64,000 nucleotides of DNA from Diadema antillarum. Lineage: Eukaryota. A program made the position numbers and the translations under genes. The stretch's first letter is position 1. Each line of letters opens with the position of its first letter. The notes beneath the pieces were generated by a model, which saw only the letters and a list, made by a program, of their open reading frames with translations, was not told the DNA's origin and ran no database searches. This document shows, piece by piece, positions 10,147 to 22,042 of the stretch. The stretch covers positions 930,001-994,000 of the forward strand of contig NW_027271430.1 of NCBI RefSeq assembly GCF_040938485.1, written 5' to 3'.

Positions 10147-12382
10147 TATAATTTGTGCGTGTGTGTGTTACTGTATCTGTGTTACACTCTGATACATCAC
10201 ATCAAATCCTCGGTTCTGTAAATATCATTTGCAAAATTTTACGTGTAGCGTATATTGCATGTTGTACACTGTTGTCCTTAGTTCATTGCAACTCTCTAAA
10301 TTCCGTGGATTGAAAATCAATGTATAATAGATTGTAGTCAGGGACCAATCCAAAATTGGATTGAAAGTTTAAATCGAATAAAATTGAATTCTAACTCTAT
10401 TAGATTGAAAACTTCAATCCAACGTTAGGATTGGTCCCTGACTACAATCTATTTAAATCTAAGTAATTTAGAGTGAACTAGCTGCATGGATCATTCTTAA
10501 TTAAATTGGTGGCATTTGTCATACTTTTGACAAGACTTCCCCATCTCTTGCTTGGACCTGAATGTATAGTTTTCTAATGGTCCAAATTGCATTATTATCT
10601 TGATTTATACTGTCATCATTGGTNNNNNNNNNNNNNNNNNNNNNNNNNNNNNNNNNNNNNNNNNNNNNNNNNNNNNNNNNNNNNNNNNNNNNNNNNNNNN
10701 NNNNNNNNNNNNNNNNNNNNNNNNNNNNNNNNNNNNNNNNNNNNNNNNNNNNNNNNNNNNNNNNNNCAACAAAATTATTCATACCCCTGAGAAATTATTA
10801 GTTTTGATCAGATTTCTTACAAGTGAAGGATGGAGTGATGGTAATTGGGTGTTAACTTTTTACTCTTATTTGTCCTCTATAAATTGACATTAATTCCAGT
10901 TTCACCTCATTTGCATAACAATAGAAATGTTGAGATATAACACCCAATCACTGTCACTCCATCCTTTACTTGTAAGAAATCTGCTCAAAACTAAAAATTT
11001 CCCAGGGGTATGAATAATTATGTTGTTAACTTTGTATATTATGCAAAAGTTAGATTGTACTAATTATTCTATTTTTGTTTATGCAAATGTCATATTGTAT
11101 TGTATATTTTATCAGAAAAAAGATGAAATATATTTATGTAGTCTTAAAACTCTTAGTCTTTCTGCAGCGTGAGGTTTATTAATTTTGTTCTTTTAATCTG
11201 GAGTTGAGAAAATTTGCTGTATCCCCAAGTATTTTTTTTTCTTTTCCTTTGGTTTTCTATAATTTGGTCCTGAAACTTGTATCCGTGCTGCATATCTTGA
11301 TCTTTACTGACTTTGCTGAGCTCTAGACCAACAAGCTTGTTTTTTAAGTAGGTTCCATAGTATTTTTTATAGCATTTATACATTAGATTCAAACCTTCAT
11401 TTTATATTGACCACCATAATTTTATTCTATAAAATTATCTTTGCATTATTTTGTTATTCTAGCTGCATAATCATGTAGGCCTTTCATTTCATTTTTCCAT
11501 ATTTGATGTATTTTTCATTTAGAATTATGATAATAGAATAAAATTGAAATGAAACGAAATTAAATGCATTTGATTTCCCTGATGCCTCATAAAGGTAGCA
11601 TGGGATCAATAAATTGAATATCGGTACCTGAGTAAGACCTAGAAAGACCCATGATGCTAAGTTAGTAACAAACAAACAAACAAAAACAAACAAACAAGCA
11701 AATAACGTCCAAAGATTTTGAATTTTCAGTCATGAAAATGTTATGGATATAAATGGGATATAAAACAGTCATTATAATGTTTATTTATTTTTGCATTTGT
11801 ACTTCGCAAAGGCATCTCCAAAGATGATGTAGTCAAATTTGGACTGATAGGCAGTTATTGGCCTACATTGACGTATTCCAAAGTAATTGTCATTGTTCTT
11901 GTCAGTTTCTATTGAAGGGACAGACGGCGCCCAGATCCACGGCTTTTTCCTACAGGCGCGTGGCGTGGACTCGAACATCTCGTATGGTAGTTTTACAAAT
12001 CGTTTTCCCGCCAAGTCCAAGGTGCTTGCCTGCCAGACAGTCAATGACGCCGTCACCCACACGGATCCCACGGCCAAGGGTAGCAGGCTAGTGTTCACGT
12101 GGCAAGCTCCTCGAGCAAACACGGGCAGTATCCGATTCATGTGAGTAGACTCCACTGACATACTTGTCTAAATTAACATGTTGATGTATATTAATATTGT
12201 ATATCAATAATCAAATTCATAATTACAGCACGCGATCCGCGAGTGATTTTCACCTACCTCTATCTCGTATTTCTTTTTATCATTAACGATCTATCATTTG
12301 CATTTGTCCTGCATAATATGTGGAATTCTCTCCCCTGTGCAATTCGTATAACAGCTTACTCTTTGAATACATTTAAATCCAG

Positions 12383-12458
<76 letters not shown>

Positions 12459-15400
12459 CCTCAATGATTACACTCAAACTCATTAAAGTCAAGAGTATCA
12501 TATTTCTTATCCTTATTTTGAGACATCCTGTAGTTTGTTATTATGTTGTCATTGTGTGTTTTGATTAAAATGTCGTCTTTGTCTTGTCCTGTTCTTACGT
12601 TTTGCCAGTACTTTCCATTGAACACATAAGATAATACAATTGAAATTGAGTGAATTATTTAAGTCAGCTGAAAATAGGGACATTTACTTTCGCCTGCTGC
12701 CTACCATAGCATAGGCTACCTGTTAACCTATATGTACGCTTATTGTCATTCTATTTTGCTTTTTTTTTCACTGTTTAAAGGGGATGGCTAGTAACTGATC
12801 AGTGGGAATTAGTGGGAATGCTGGGGATGATTGTTCCAATCCTTGTGGGATTCATTTAAGAGTACATTATAAATCTGTTGATGTGTGAAAATCATTTGCT
12901 TCAGAATGGTCTCATATTCAAGTAATGTACAGTTAATAGTTAACGATCGCCCCGTCACTGTACAGGCATGCTGACCTGGAAACATTACTACTTGAATATG
13001 AGACCATTCTGAAGCAAATAATTTTCACACAACAATAGATATATAATGTGCTCTTGAATGAATCCCACAAGGATTGAAACAATCATCCCCCAGCATTCCC
13101 ACTAATTCCCACTGATCAGTTACTGGCCATCCCCTTTAACTGATATGTTTGTAATCGTATTCTAATGTTGTTGTTTGTGTTTGTTTTTAATATATTCCTT
13201 GTTTCGGTGAAATAAAGAAACGTGAAATTAAGCATAAGTAAATGAATGGGTTGCAGTGTGCGCGCTTAGTGGATAATAAGTTGGAAAAGCATGTTTTTGT
13301 GTTTGTGTGTGTGTGTCACTGTGTGTGCGTGTGTGTGCGCGTGCGTGTGTGTATTTTGTGTGTACTCGCGGATGTGTTTCGTATGGAGTGGAGATGTTAT
13401 GCTTTGTATAAAAATTCGTATACGCGTGTATTTGTTTACTTGAACATTCCAGTAAAATGATTTAAGTGTACACCGTGACAAAAAGCATATTGTTTTGGCA
13501 TAATTATGTGAATACCTGTACATGTGATTACCTGAATATTCAAGTAGAATGATTCACGTGCATTTCTTGACAGGGGATAAAGGGCCGTATGCATAAAAAC
13601 AAGCAATTGCTTACGAGTAAAAGCTTTTGCTATAGCAAGCACAAGCAATTGCTTGCTGCCCGAAAGCAATTACTTTATAAAGACGAAGTATTTGCGTATA
13701 AAAACGTATGCATAAAAGGGACCTTTCGCTTGTTCTTGCTAGCAATTGCTTATGATTTCCCAAGCTCTGTAAAATGAGCTTGAGCTTTTGCTTAACTGGG
13801 ACGTTCGCTTTTAAGTGTCATTATCATATTCATAAAAGAAAGACCAAACTTGTGCCGGAGTGGTATGAATCTACAAGAAATCCTCCAAAGTAGTGCAATA
13901 AACTTTTTCGTTTCAACAACGGGAATGTCCAGTATCATGGTTAGCACGCAAAATGTGATGAGAAACAGGTAGGATGTCTGACATCTGTGGAGAGCACGGA
14001 GACCTCTCTCCACAAGCTCATGTGGGATAGTATTTCAAATCATTTTTTTTTCTCTTTCTCTTTCACTTTTAACTGTGTAATGACAGCGGTATTACAAATA
14101 TTCTGGGTGTTCATACCTTGAAATCATATATCTTGGAAGTGGGCTTAAAGTTACATCAAAATAACTTGTATAATTTCATGTTGTATTTTACATTTTACAT
14201 TTGAGTTTGCATTATTATTATTTTTTTCAAACAGATGAGTTACTACAAAAAAAATAAGCATTGATTTTAAACCATTGCATCTTATACACCTGTTTTAGTA
14301 TCAAACAATCGCAGCAGTCGACGAGAAGTCCCGAAATCACGGCTCTTGGTAACAGCAGCCACGATAACAACTTTATTAAGCATTTAAGACAGTAAGGTTT
14401 ATGTGTGCAGAACATCATTGCTGAGTCGAAGATTTTGTCTTTCCTATATCCCACAGAGGAAGTGTTGCACTGAATCACGACGAATTCTACACCGACATTG
14501 AGTCGGAAGTGATCGCAGAGGGCAGCAGCGCCGGTATGTGTTACAATCTTTGGTAGATACTAATAGTCGCCTCAACACGGTCTTCTATTTTGACATTGAA
14601 TACACATAAATAATATTTGGTGACACGACATTTGCTCCTGCGGCAATTGCTCCGGTCTCATTTTCTCCAAGGACTGAGGGTTGGGATAAGGTTTTAGGTT
14701 TAGTTCGATGTAAGGACTATAGGGTTAGGGTTATATGTTTGTGGGTAGAATTTATATTTGGCTTAGCGTTCAGATATCTCATCGGAGCAGGAGTAAATGT
14801 CATGGAACCATAAAACTTTGAAGGTAAAGATTTGGGTCACCTATTAAAAGAAATAAAAACAAAAAAGCGCCCAAAGTACCCGTCGTTGACGTTCACGAAT
14901 ACACTCATGAGTGAATGGTTCACGGGTATGCGTATAATATTGACGTACATGACTGTCTTATCTTTATGATGCTGCGTCTTAATTAGTTTCCAAGAAAACT
15001 TCATGAATACATCATCACTACATTAACAGTGTGTATTTCATCATACTACATGTATTCCATTCTACCAATTTTCTTTTCATTTTTCTTCGTGCAAAGAACG
15101 TAACATATTAGAAAATTACAAATGATCTTGAGTATTCCTACACAATAATAGATGACTGTTGATACGATGAAAATAAGGGGCAATTAAATGAAAAGTAGGA
15201 ATGTATACACAGTTTCAAAGGAAAATTGTTATCATCCATGCTCTATGGGGAAATGAGAGGTCCACTAAAAAGCTTGTAAACTATGGACAACGCATTTGAT
15301 AGATGCAAAACTATCAAAAGGAAATCCCCAAAGTTACTAAAACAGGACAGACATAACAGGACATACAGGCCATCATGATTAATGTCCTGTGGAAATCTCA

Positions 15401-15790
15401 GTTTCGATACATTCCCTAAAGCTAATTATTATGTTAGGATGTAATTATGGTCCCTTAGTTTACATTATAGGGGTGAGCATATATAAGATCATGTGCAAAT
15501 GAAGACTGAATGTGAAGAACTTGAGTACCAGAAGACAAAGCTGAAAGTATTAACTGCAAGTATCTGTCCCCTGATTGGTTTCCTGTTGTCCCGATCACTA
15601 AATGGCATCGATCTCGATCACTATCATCGTAACTGTTGCACCATCACCACATTATTCATTTCATCATTAGTCATTTTACACTGTATTTCTATTTTTCTTG
15701 TCTTTATTAGGAACAGTCCAGATGAGCCTTGCGGTGATGACTATGGGTGTGGCAGCAGCGCTTTTCTCCCTGATAAGCCCAATGGAGTAG
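8864..15790 (+). CDS. Secreted reeler-domain protein (putative defense protein / REELD1- or FRRS1-reeler-like), probably GPI-anchored, 202 aa
   Basis: Exons 8864-9080, 11906-12140, 14457-14533, 15711-15790, all GT-AG, phases 1/2/1, total 609 nt. Signal peptide MNTLTIIVAVAVVGISDVQG; reeler motifs YGSGAPVTAC, GFFLQAR, C..NDAVTHTDP, FTWQAP..NTGSIRFIGSV; hydrophobic C-terminus MSLAVMTMGVAAALFSLISPME*. Confidence 0.9.
10291..10474. mobile_element. Small palindromic MITE-like element
   Basis: Perfect 25-bp inverted repeat ATAGATTGTAGTCAGGGACCAATCC (10327-10351 / 10428-10452) inside ACTCTCTAAA...TTTAGAGT ends, which resemble those of the 720-1019 MITE. Confidence 0.65.
10624..10766. other. Assembly gap (143 N)
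   Basis: Run of N in intron 1 of the reeler gene. Confidence 1.
10767..11030. mobile_element. Foldback element (Tc1-like TIR), left end lost in the gap
   Basis: CAACAAAATTATTCATACCCCTG...GGATGGAGTGA is inverted relative to TCACTCCATCC...CAGGGGTATGAATAATTATGTTG. Confidence 0.65.
12236..12385 (+). mobile_element. LINE (L2/CR1-like) 3' fragment followed by (AC)n(AT)n
   Basis: Translates to ...HNMWNSLPCAIRITAYSLNTFKS, the WN.LP...S...FK motif at the end of CR1/L2 ORF2. Confidence 0.6.
12775..13139. mobile_element. TTAA-flanked palindromic MITE (Kolobok/T2-like)
   Basis: TTAA AGGGGATGG...CCATCCCCT TTAA with long near-perfect inverted arms. Confidence 0.85.
14619..14809. mobile_element. MITE with internal telomere-like (GGGTTA) repeats
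   Basis: GGTGACACGACATTTGCTCC / GGAGTAAATGTCATGGAACC imperfect TIRs; internal AGGGTTAGGGTTA and TTTAGG repeats. Confidence 0.55.
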
Positions 15791-15845
15791 CTATATACCG
15801 AGTCAGCGTGAGCAGGACTACACCGGTTCCACTACCCGACGTGCA

Positions 15846-15859
15846 GTTGCCATGGCAAC
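15846..15859. promoter_or_regulatory. Perfect RFX X-box palindrome (candidate)
   Basis: GTTGCCATGGCAAC, 55 nt after the reeler stop codon. Motif match only. Confidence 0.4.
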
Positions 15860-16444
15860 CATAGCATGTAAATCAATAATTTTGTAGGCCTTGGGAAAAT
15901 AATGTCGGGGAAAGGAATATTAAGTAAACACATTATATATGCTTGAAAATGCAGGACATGCTCACTCTGAAGTTTGCATAATTTGTATCAATCCTTATAC
16001 AAATCATTGCTACTGATATTGTTTCAGAATTGTATGAGTAATCTTTTTTTTTAACTATGGTATTGATAATGCAGTGTATTGTATTCTGTGATTAATAATT
16101 CTGTGAATGTTGCTTCATATAGTCACATTGTATACTATATATAACAGCAAAAATCCAACTGGCGATAACTGACTAGCAATGAATGACCCACAACTTTACA
16201 AGCTTGTCTTTTACATAGGCCTTTCTTTCCTATAACAATGATTTTGTTTAAACAATTTAATCTTTTTTTTTCTTCAAATGTATACATGTTCCATATCTTG
16301 TATTACCTTGACTCTTTTTGTAATCATTTCATTGAGAAAACTGTGATACTGGAAACGGAATCTGAACTTTAAAATAATTGCACTTGTTATTCTTTGTGTC
16401 TTTGAAATTTGCATTGAATTTGTATTTGATAAAATGCGGAAATA

Positions 16445-16705
16445 GATCAAACCAAACCAAACTTGATTGAATTGGAATGTATGACAGCTGGGCAACAATG
16501 GAGCATGTATATAGTTCAGTACACATAGCACAAAATGTAATCTTGCGCTGACTAGTAATGGATCATATACTTTTTTTTTTTTTTTTTTGGTGGGAAGATT
16601 TCTGTTGAAATGAATTGACCATTTTATTTTGTTGACTGCATGTTGTTATCATTTAAACACACAAATCCTAATGCACTGTTCACAATGAGGACTGCTGCTA
16701 ACGAA
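16445..16705 (+). repeat. Dispersed repeat, uninterrupted copy of 1-1055
   Basis: Colinear with the flanks of both MITEs in 1-1055. Confidence 0.7.
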
Positions 16706-18634
16706 AGAGAAATCATCCCCCAACAAAAACATAAAGACTTACACTAGTTAACTTCAGATTACTGCAATGAATATTTCGATTGTACTGTGTTACTTTTAAA
16801 AAAAGTGACATTCATTGACCTGCACATCGATTTCTGGTTTCACACTGAATGACATGAATTTACTTTACGTGAATATTTTATGCTTTTTTCATATCATCAT
16901 GTAATGGAAGCAAATTTATAGAATCTGGCTTACATAGTTTGTTACTTGAAAAGAAACTGCTTTGCAAAAAAAAAAAAAAAAAAATGCATTCTTCTATATA
17001 GTGATCTTGTGTAATTCGTTCAATTCACCATTTGGTCACTAAAATAAAGTTTCATGATTACCAAATCTTTTACGTTGTGACTTGAGGTGGAAATAACATA
17101 CATTATTCGCCAGTTACTTTGTCATAACTCTTGGTCAATTGATACTTCTTGCACTTCTTTCTTTTTTCTCCTTTTATTTGATGATTACGATCTTTTTCTT
17201 GTTTCGATTAATACAGACTTACAATATTGGTATTGTCCATTTGCTATGACAAGTGCTACATGCTAATGAAGCTATACTTTGATCCGCAACTCATCCATTT
17301 TCTTGATTTACTGAGTCTGCATTATCTATACATGTACTACGTAAATTGAGCTTTAACAACATATTTGTTTTGATAGCACCTCTTATGAAAATATGACAAA
17401 CATGTACAGGCATGTCTAAGGTGTTGGGGTATTTATCTGTCTTAACACCCTATCTTTACACCCAAGCTTTATAAACACTGCAATGTTAGACATATTATGT
17501 TGGCCTACATCAGTATTAAACTAGAAACTTCACATTTGAAAATGCCGTGGATTTTGTTCAAAATTGCAAGCAACTCCAAATATGCTTACTCAATCTGTAA
17601 ATATGATGAATGCTCCACAAAATACAATATAGTCTTTATCACGACAATAATCTGTTCCTTTACGAAAAATTCTTACACTCTGTACGGTAATTAGGCAAAG
17701 GGAATGGGCAGACTGTAGGTTTTCTCAAACTTACTGGTACAATTTGTATCTCCGTCATAGCACACGCGCACGCGCACACGCACACACACATACACACACA
17801 CACATATATAATATATATATACATTTGTATTGCATTTTGCCACAACTCAAATAATATGAGACTAGTTGAAGAAAGCAAGGGCATCATTCAAACTTCATTC
17901 TTGATTTAAAAAAAAAAAAGATGTTTATTTTTATTTATTTTTGGTCACACAATAGATATAACTAATGTAAGAAAGCACATCATTGACAGTGCAATGTTTA
18001 TTTTAAAAAATGGCTTCTAAACTTTCAAGACACACACACATACACAAGAGTGCTCTTGATCAATCTACTCAACTTTGACATGGAAAGGAGAGTTCTGTTG
18101 CATATTTATTTCTCTCCAAATAATTATTGAAAATAGATCAACATAATCTGAAACACATGTAGCAATACAACTGTATTTTTGATTCAAAGAGTCCATTATC
18201 TTCAAAATACTACTTGCGTACCAGCAGAGAGTGAGTAAACAGATTATTCTGATGACAGAACATCTAAATACCGTCCTTCTTTTGGCACTGGCTGGAATCT
18301 TATAAGCAAATCACAAGATACGCATTTACCTTTAATCCATTTAGTTATGTTTATTGTTAGTCTTTCATAAGGTACAGTAACATTTTTTTTTTTCACTTGA
18401 GCCCTCTCTGGTTCATATGTTATTCTTTGTTTCACTGTCAGAAGTTTCAAAAATCTCTTCATTGCTCAATTTGTGACCGATTCTTATAATTTAGCAGTAC
18501 TATAGTGAGTACATGCTACAACACTGAATTTTCTTCTTTTCCTAGATTTTTCTTATTTATTCATCTATTCATTCAAATATTTATTTATCTAGTTATCATT
18601 ATTGATATCATTATTATTATTTTTCTGATTTCAA

Positions 18635-18850
18635 GCGCTGTGATTTGGCCTCCAGATATGCCAAAGGACCTGGGTTCTACTCCCAAGTCTAACTGAGCAA
18701 AGTTGTGTGTAATCATACCGTCCTAGGCAAAACACTCTGTTCCTCGGACAGGACATAACACGGAGGTTCCACGTGTAAGAGCATGCAACAGATCTCGCTT
18801 CGTTCATTCATTGCAAGGGGCCACCTACTGCCCACACAAAACCTGTGCAT
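18635..18850 (+). mobile_element. tRNA-derived SINE with Deu-like domain, degenerate
   Basis: B-box-like GGGTTCTACTCCC; GTTGTGTGTAATCATACCGTCC...CCTCGGACAGGACATAA..GGAGGTTCC shared with 42130-42445. Confidence 0.7.
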
Positions 18851-21800
18851 AGTCTTCAAGCATGCAGTCTGCACTTTACAGAAGAAGTTAATGAGTCAAA
18901 CCAATTCTTATGACAAATAATAGAAATAGGGTATGCAGCAAGATTCAAAGCAAATAAGAAAACAAACAAAAAGAACTTTTCAACAGAAATGGTATGAAAG
19001 TCTGTTTCTTCACTAATTAAATCAAAATTTAAAAAAAATGAAACAGTTATCACAGCACTATCAAAATATTCACTTTAAGGTTTTGACAGGCAGCATTAAG
19101 TTATCAAACTGTCATTTGTTTAAATGCAATGTATCACATTTTGTATATACTCCAGGTGAGTCATTGTATTTAGCTATTTTTGCACAGCTGTAATAATCGG
19201 GACTTTCTTAAAACACAGGTCACATCAAACTAATACAACTCATCCCCCCAAATATACTGTATATTTATACTAAAGCCGACATTTATTTTTACTACACAGA
19301 TTAGTCACATTAACGAGGTGACAGTGATAAAGAGTAAGCAGCAAGTTTTACATGGAAAACAGCCACCAAATGTGCTACCATTTTATGTCTTGTACGTCTG
19401 GCTCCAAAAGCCAAACGAAGTAGAAAACATAAATATGTGACGTAGGAATTTGCACACTCAATTTCAACATTTTTGAGTTCATGACAATGTGCAAGCAGCA
19501 TGAATTGTATTTATCATCTAGAGTTGAAATTTGAGTGGTATGCAAGCCCACAGAGATGCTACAAACAACACAAATTTGTTTACAGAAGCTGATGAAAGTC
19601 AAAACGCACTTTTCACTTCACAAATACAGTCTTAGTACTGATGAAGAGGAATGTATAAAGGCACGTGTATCAAAATAAGTCATACTTATCTAATTCATCG
19701 AATGTCTCTTGAAACTAATGCTGAGAAACGTGACCTTGTCATGAGTCAGTTTATCAATGGCTACCACCGTTCCACGCCACAAAGAATAAGGGATAAAAAG
19801 ATTTGTGATAAAAATGATTACCACGATAAACTTTTACCATGCTGCTACATCAGGCAAGTTAAGCATGTCATGCAGCTAATATAATGAATAATACCATTCG
19901 AAAGAGGGGCAGACTAAAGAAATAAAGCCAAATTTCTATTTTTAAACACTGTTGCATCTATCAGAAATGACACTAATTCTAATACAGAAGATACATTGAT
20001 CTCCTAGTATCATAATACTTGATCACTCACATGCATTATTCGGCAAAGATAACCAAGCTGAACTTTCATTTAAAAACCCCGCATCCATATCACTTGATTT
20101 CATCCATAGAAAACTTGTGCGATCTCAACAATCATGAAAGTTACAAATAGTCAATCAATCAATACATCTGTAAACATTAACACTTTCAGTTACCAAGCAC
20201 GTCTAGAGATGGACAAAATGATCTACGATAAGAGAACCATTCCTTTGTCAAGCCGTTTCTCAAAAATGACAAAATTATTCAGTATCGAAGCCTACTGATG
20301 ACCAATTTTGACATTACAACTTAACTCAATACCGACAAAGAGATGAACATTAAGTCCCTATTTTTCCTGGTAAAGATGTACTCTTTACATATACATCTGT
20401 ATATATCACTGAATGTTAAACATTCACAGTTTCTCTTAATTATGTAACTCTGTCCCATTCTTGCAATGTAATCTCACTCTTGAAGGTTTTGTATTAGGAG
20501 AATACACATAAGATAAATCACATGTAATTTCTCAACATGATTTGGCCCAGTGTCATCTTTTAAGTGCTTTGCACTGGCACATTCATTACAAACATCATAC
20601 ACTATCATAGTTTGATGTCTACAAAGTTCAGAATCTTATGAACAGGTGCCAGTATGGCATATTAACAATGCTCTGCCATATTTTGGTACCAAAACATTTT
20701 GATGACATAATGGAATTTACTTTAAACTTTTTTTTGAGTTTCAAATATAGATCAAATTCTATTTGAATTATTGCATATGTCCACATCAAGTGTATGTTTT
20801 ATCAATACATGACCACTCATGAACAACACAAACACTGCCACAAGTAATCAAGATGCACTCATGCTGAATATGGCACAATTATTTCAACTGGACGTATATT
20901 TGATTATTGGCAATGTCAATATTAGTTGGGAAGGCATCTTCCATAGACATTCACAGAATGAGGAAAATACACACACACACACACACAAACAAACAAACAA
21001 AACAAACTTGTCTTTTTTGTGCTCAAGAATGAATTGAATCAGGTATGCGGGAAAAAAAATCAATTATTTCTATATTGATATTATAATTCATTGCAAAAAG
21101 AGAGTAAACATGTACGAGTGCTTATAAAGTAGAAACCACATAAAAAGATGAATTACATCAGGTCATCAATACCATTGTAAGTAATATAATCATACTCTTG
21201 AAAAAAAATGTACAGGAGTGCTACAAGGGGTTAACTTGTCATAACTGATCTGGTTAAAGTACAAATATCCTACAAGGTGTGGTACCTAGGCAACACGTTT
21301 TGATATGTGCAACAAATTGTAGTAGCAATAAGTCTCATATATTACTACAGATGTACCCTTCACGAGCCTCGATACTTAACAATTTTTTTTTTCACCTGCT
21401 TGATGGAGATTCCAAGGAAATCAAGCTACTCTAGTATAACAAAAAAATTAAGCAAACTGATGGGTGTTAGCGTCACAGAGATTGGATGAATCAATAAAAG
21501 AGAATTATCGAATATAAAAATCTAAAATGTTACCTTAAAAAGTCACATTTTCAAAGTTAAATGATATGTGATGAAGTCTTCCATCAACTTGCACACAAAC
21601 CCACTGCTAAATTTCATTATGTCATATAATAAATTATAAATGTAATACAAAGATAAATTGAATCAAATTCTATCAAATCAGATCACATGTCTTTGTAAGT
21701 GTATAAACAGTGAAATCTGAGAATTTTACATGCACACTTTCAACACATTTGATCAGTTGATTCACTTGTAATGCTTTGTCGTTTGAGTTGAAGCAACTAA

Positions 21801-22042
21801 AATTCTTGTGCTGCCTTTGATTTGTTTCATATATAAAAAGTAAGAAAAGGAATATATTGAGATGAACAGACAGACAGATATCTAATAGGATAGTACCTCT
21901 GCCACCATTGGTGCAGATCCAAGAAAATGGTCTGATGCAAACTATGGCGATCAAGTGAACTAAAATGCCACAAACACTTACAAAATTGTGTTGTTTCTAC
22001 CCAAACTAAAGCAGGACGAAGGTACGTAAGTCCACCCCAGCT

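Noticed and set aside
10519-10887. ORFs containing X runs
   Set aside because: Artefacts of translating through the N gap.
15493-15864. 123-aa plus-strand ORF over reeler exon 4
   Set aside because: Wrong frame; the phase-1 splice from exon 3 selects the frame ending in TAG at 15788-15790.
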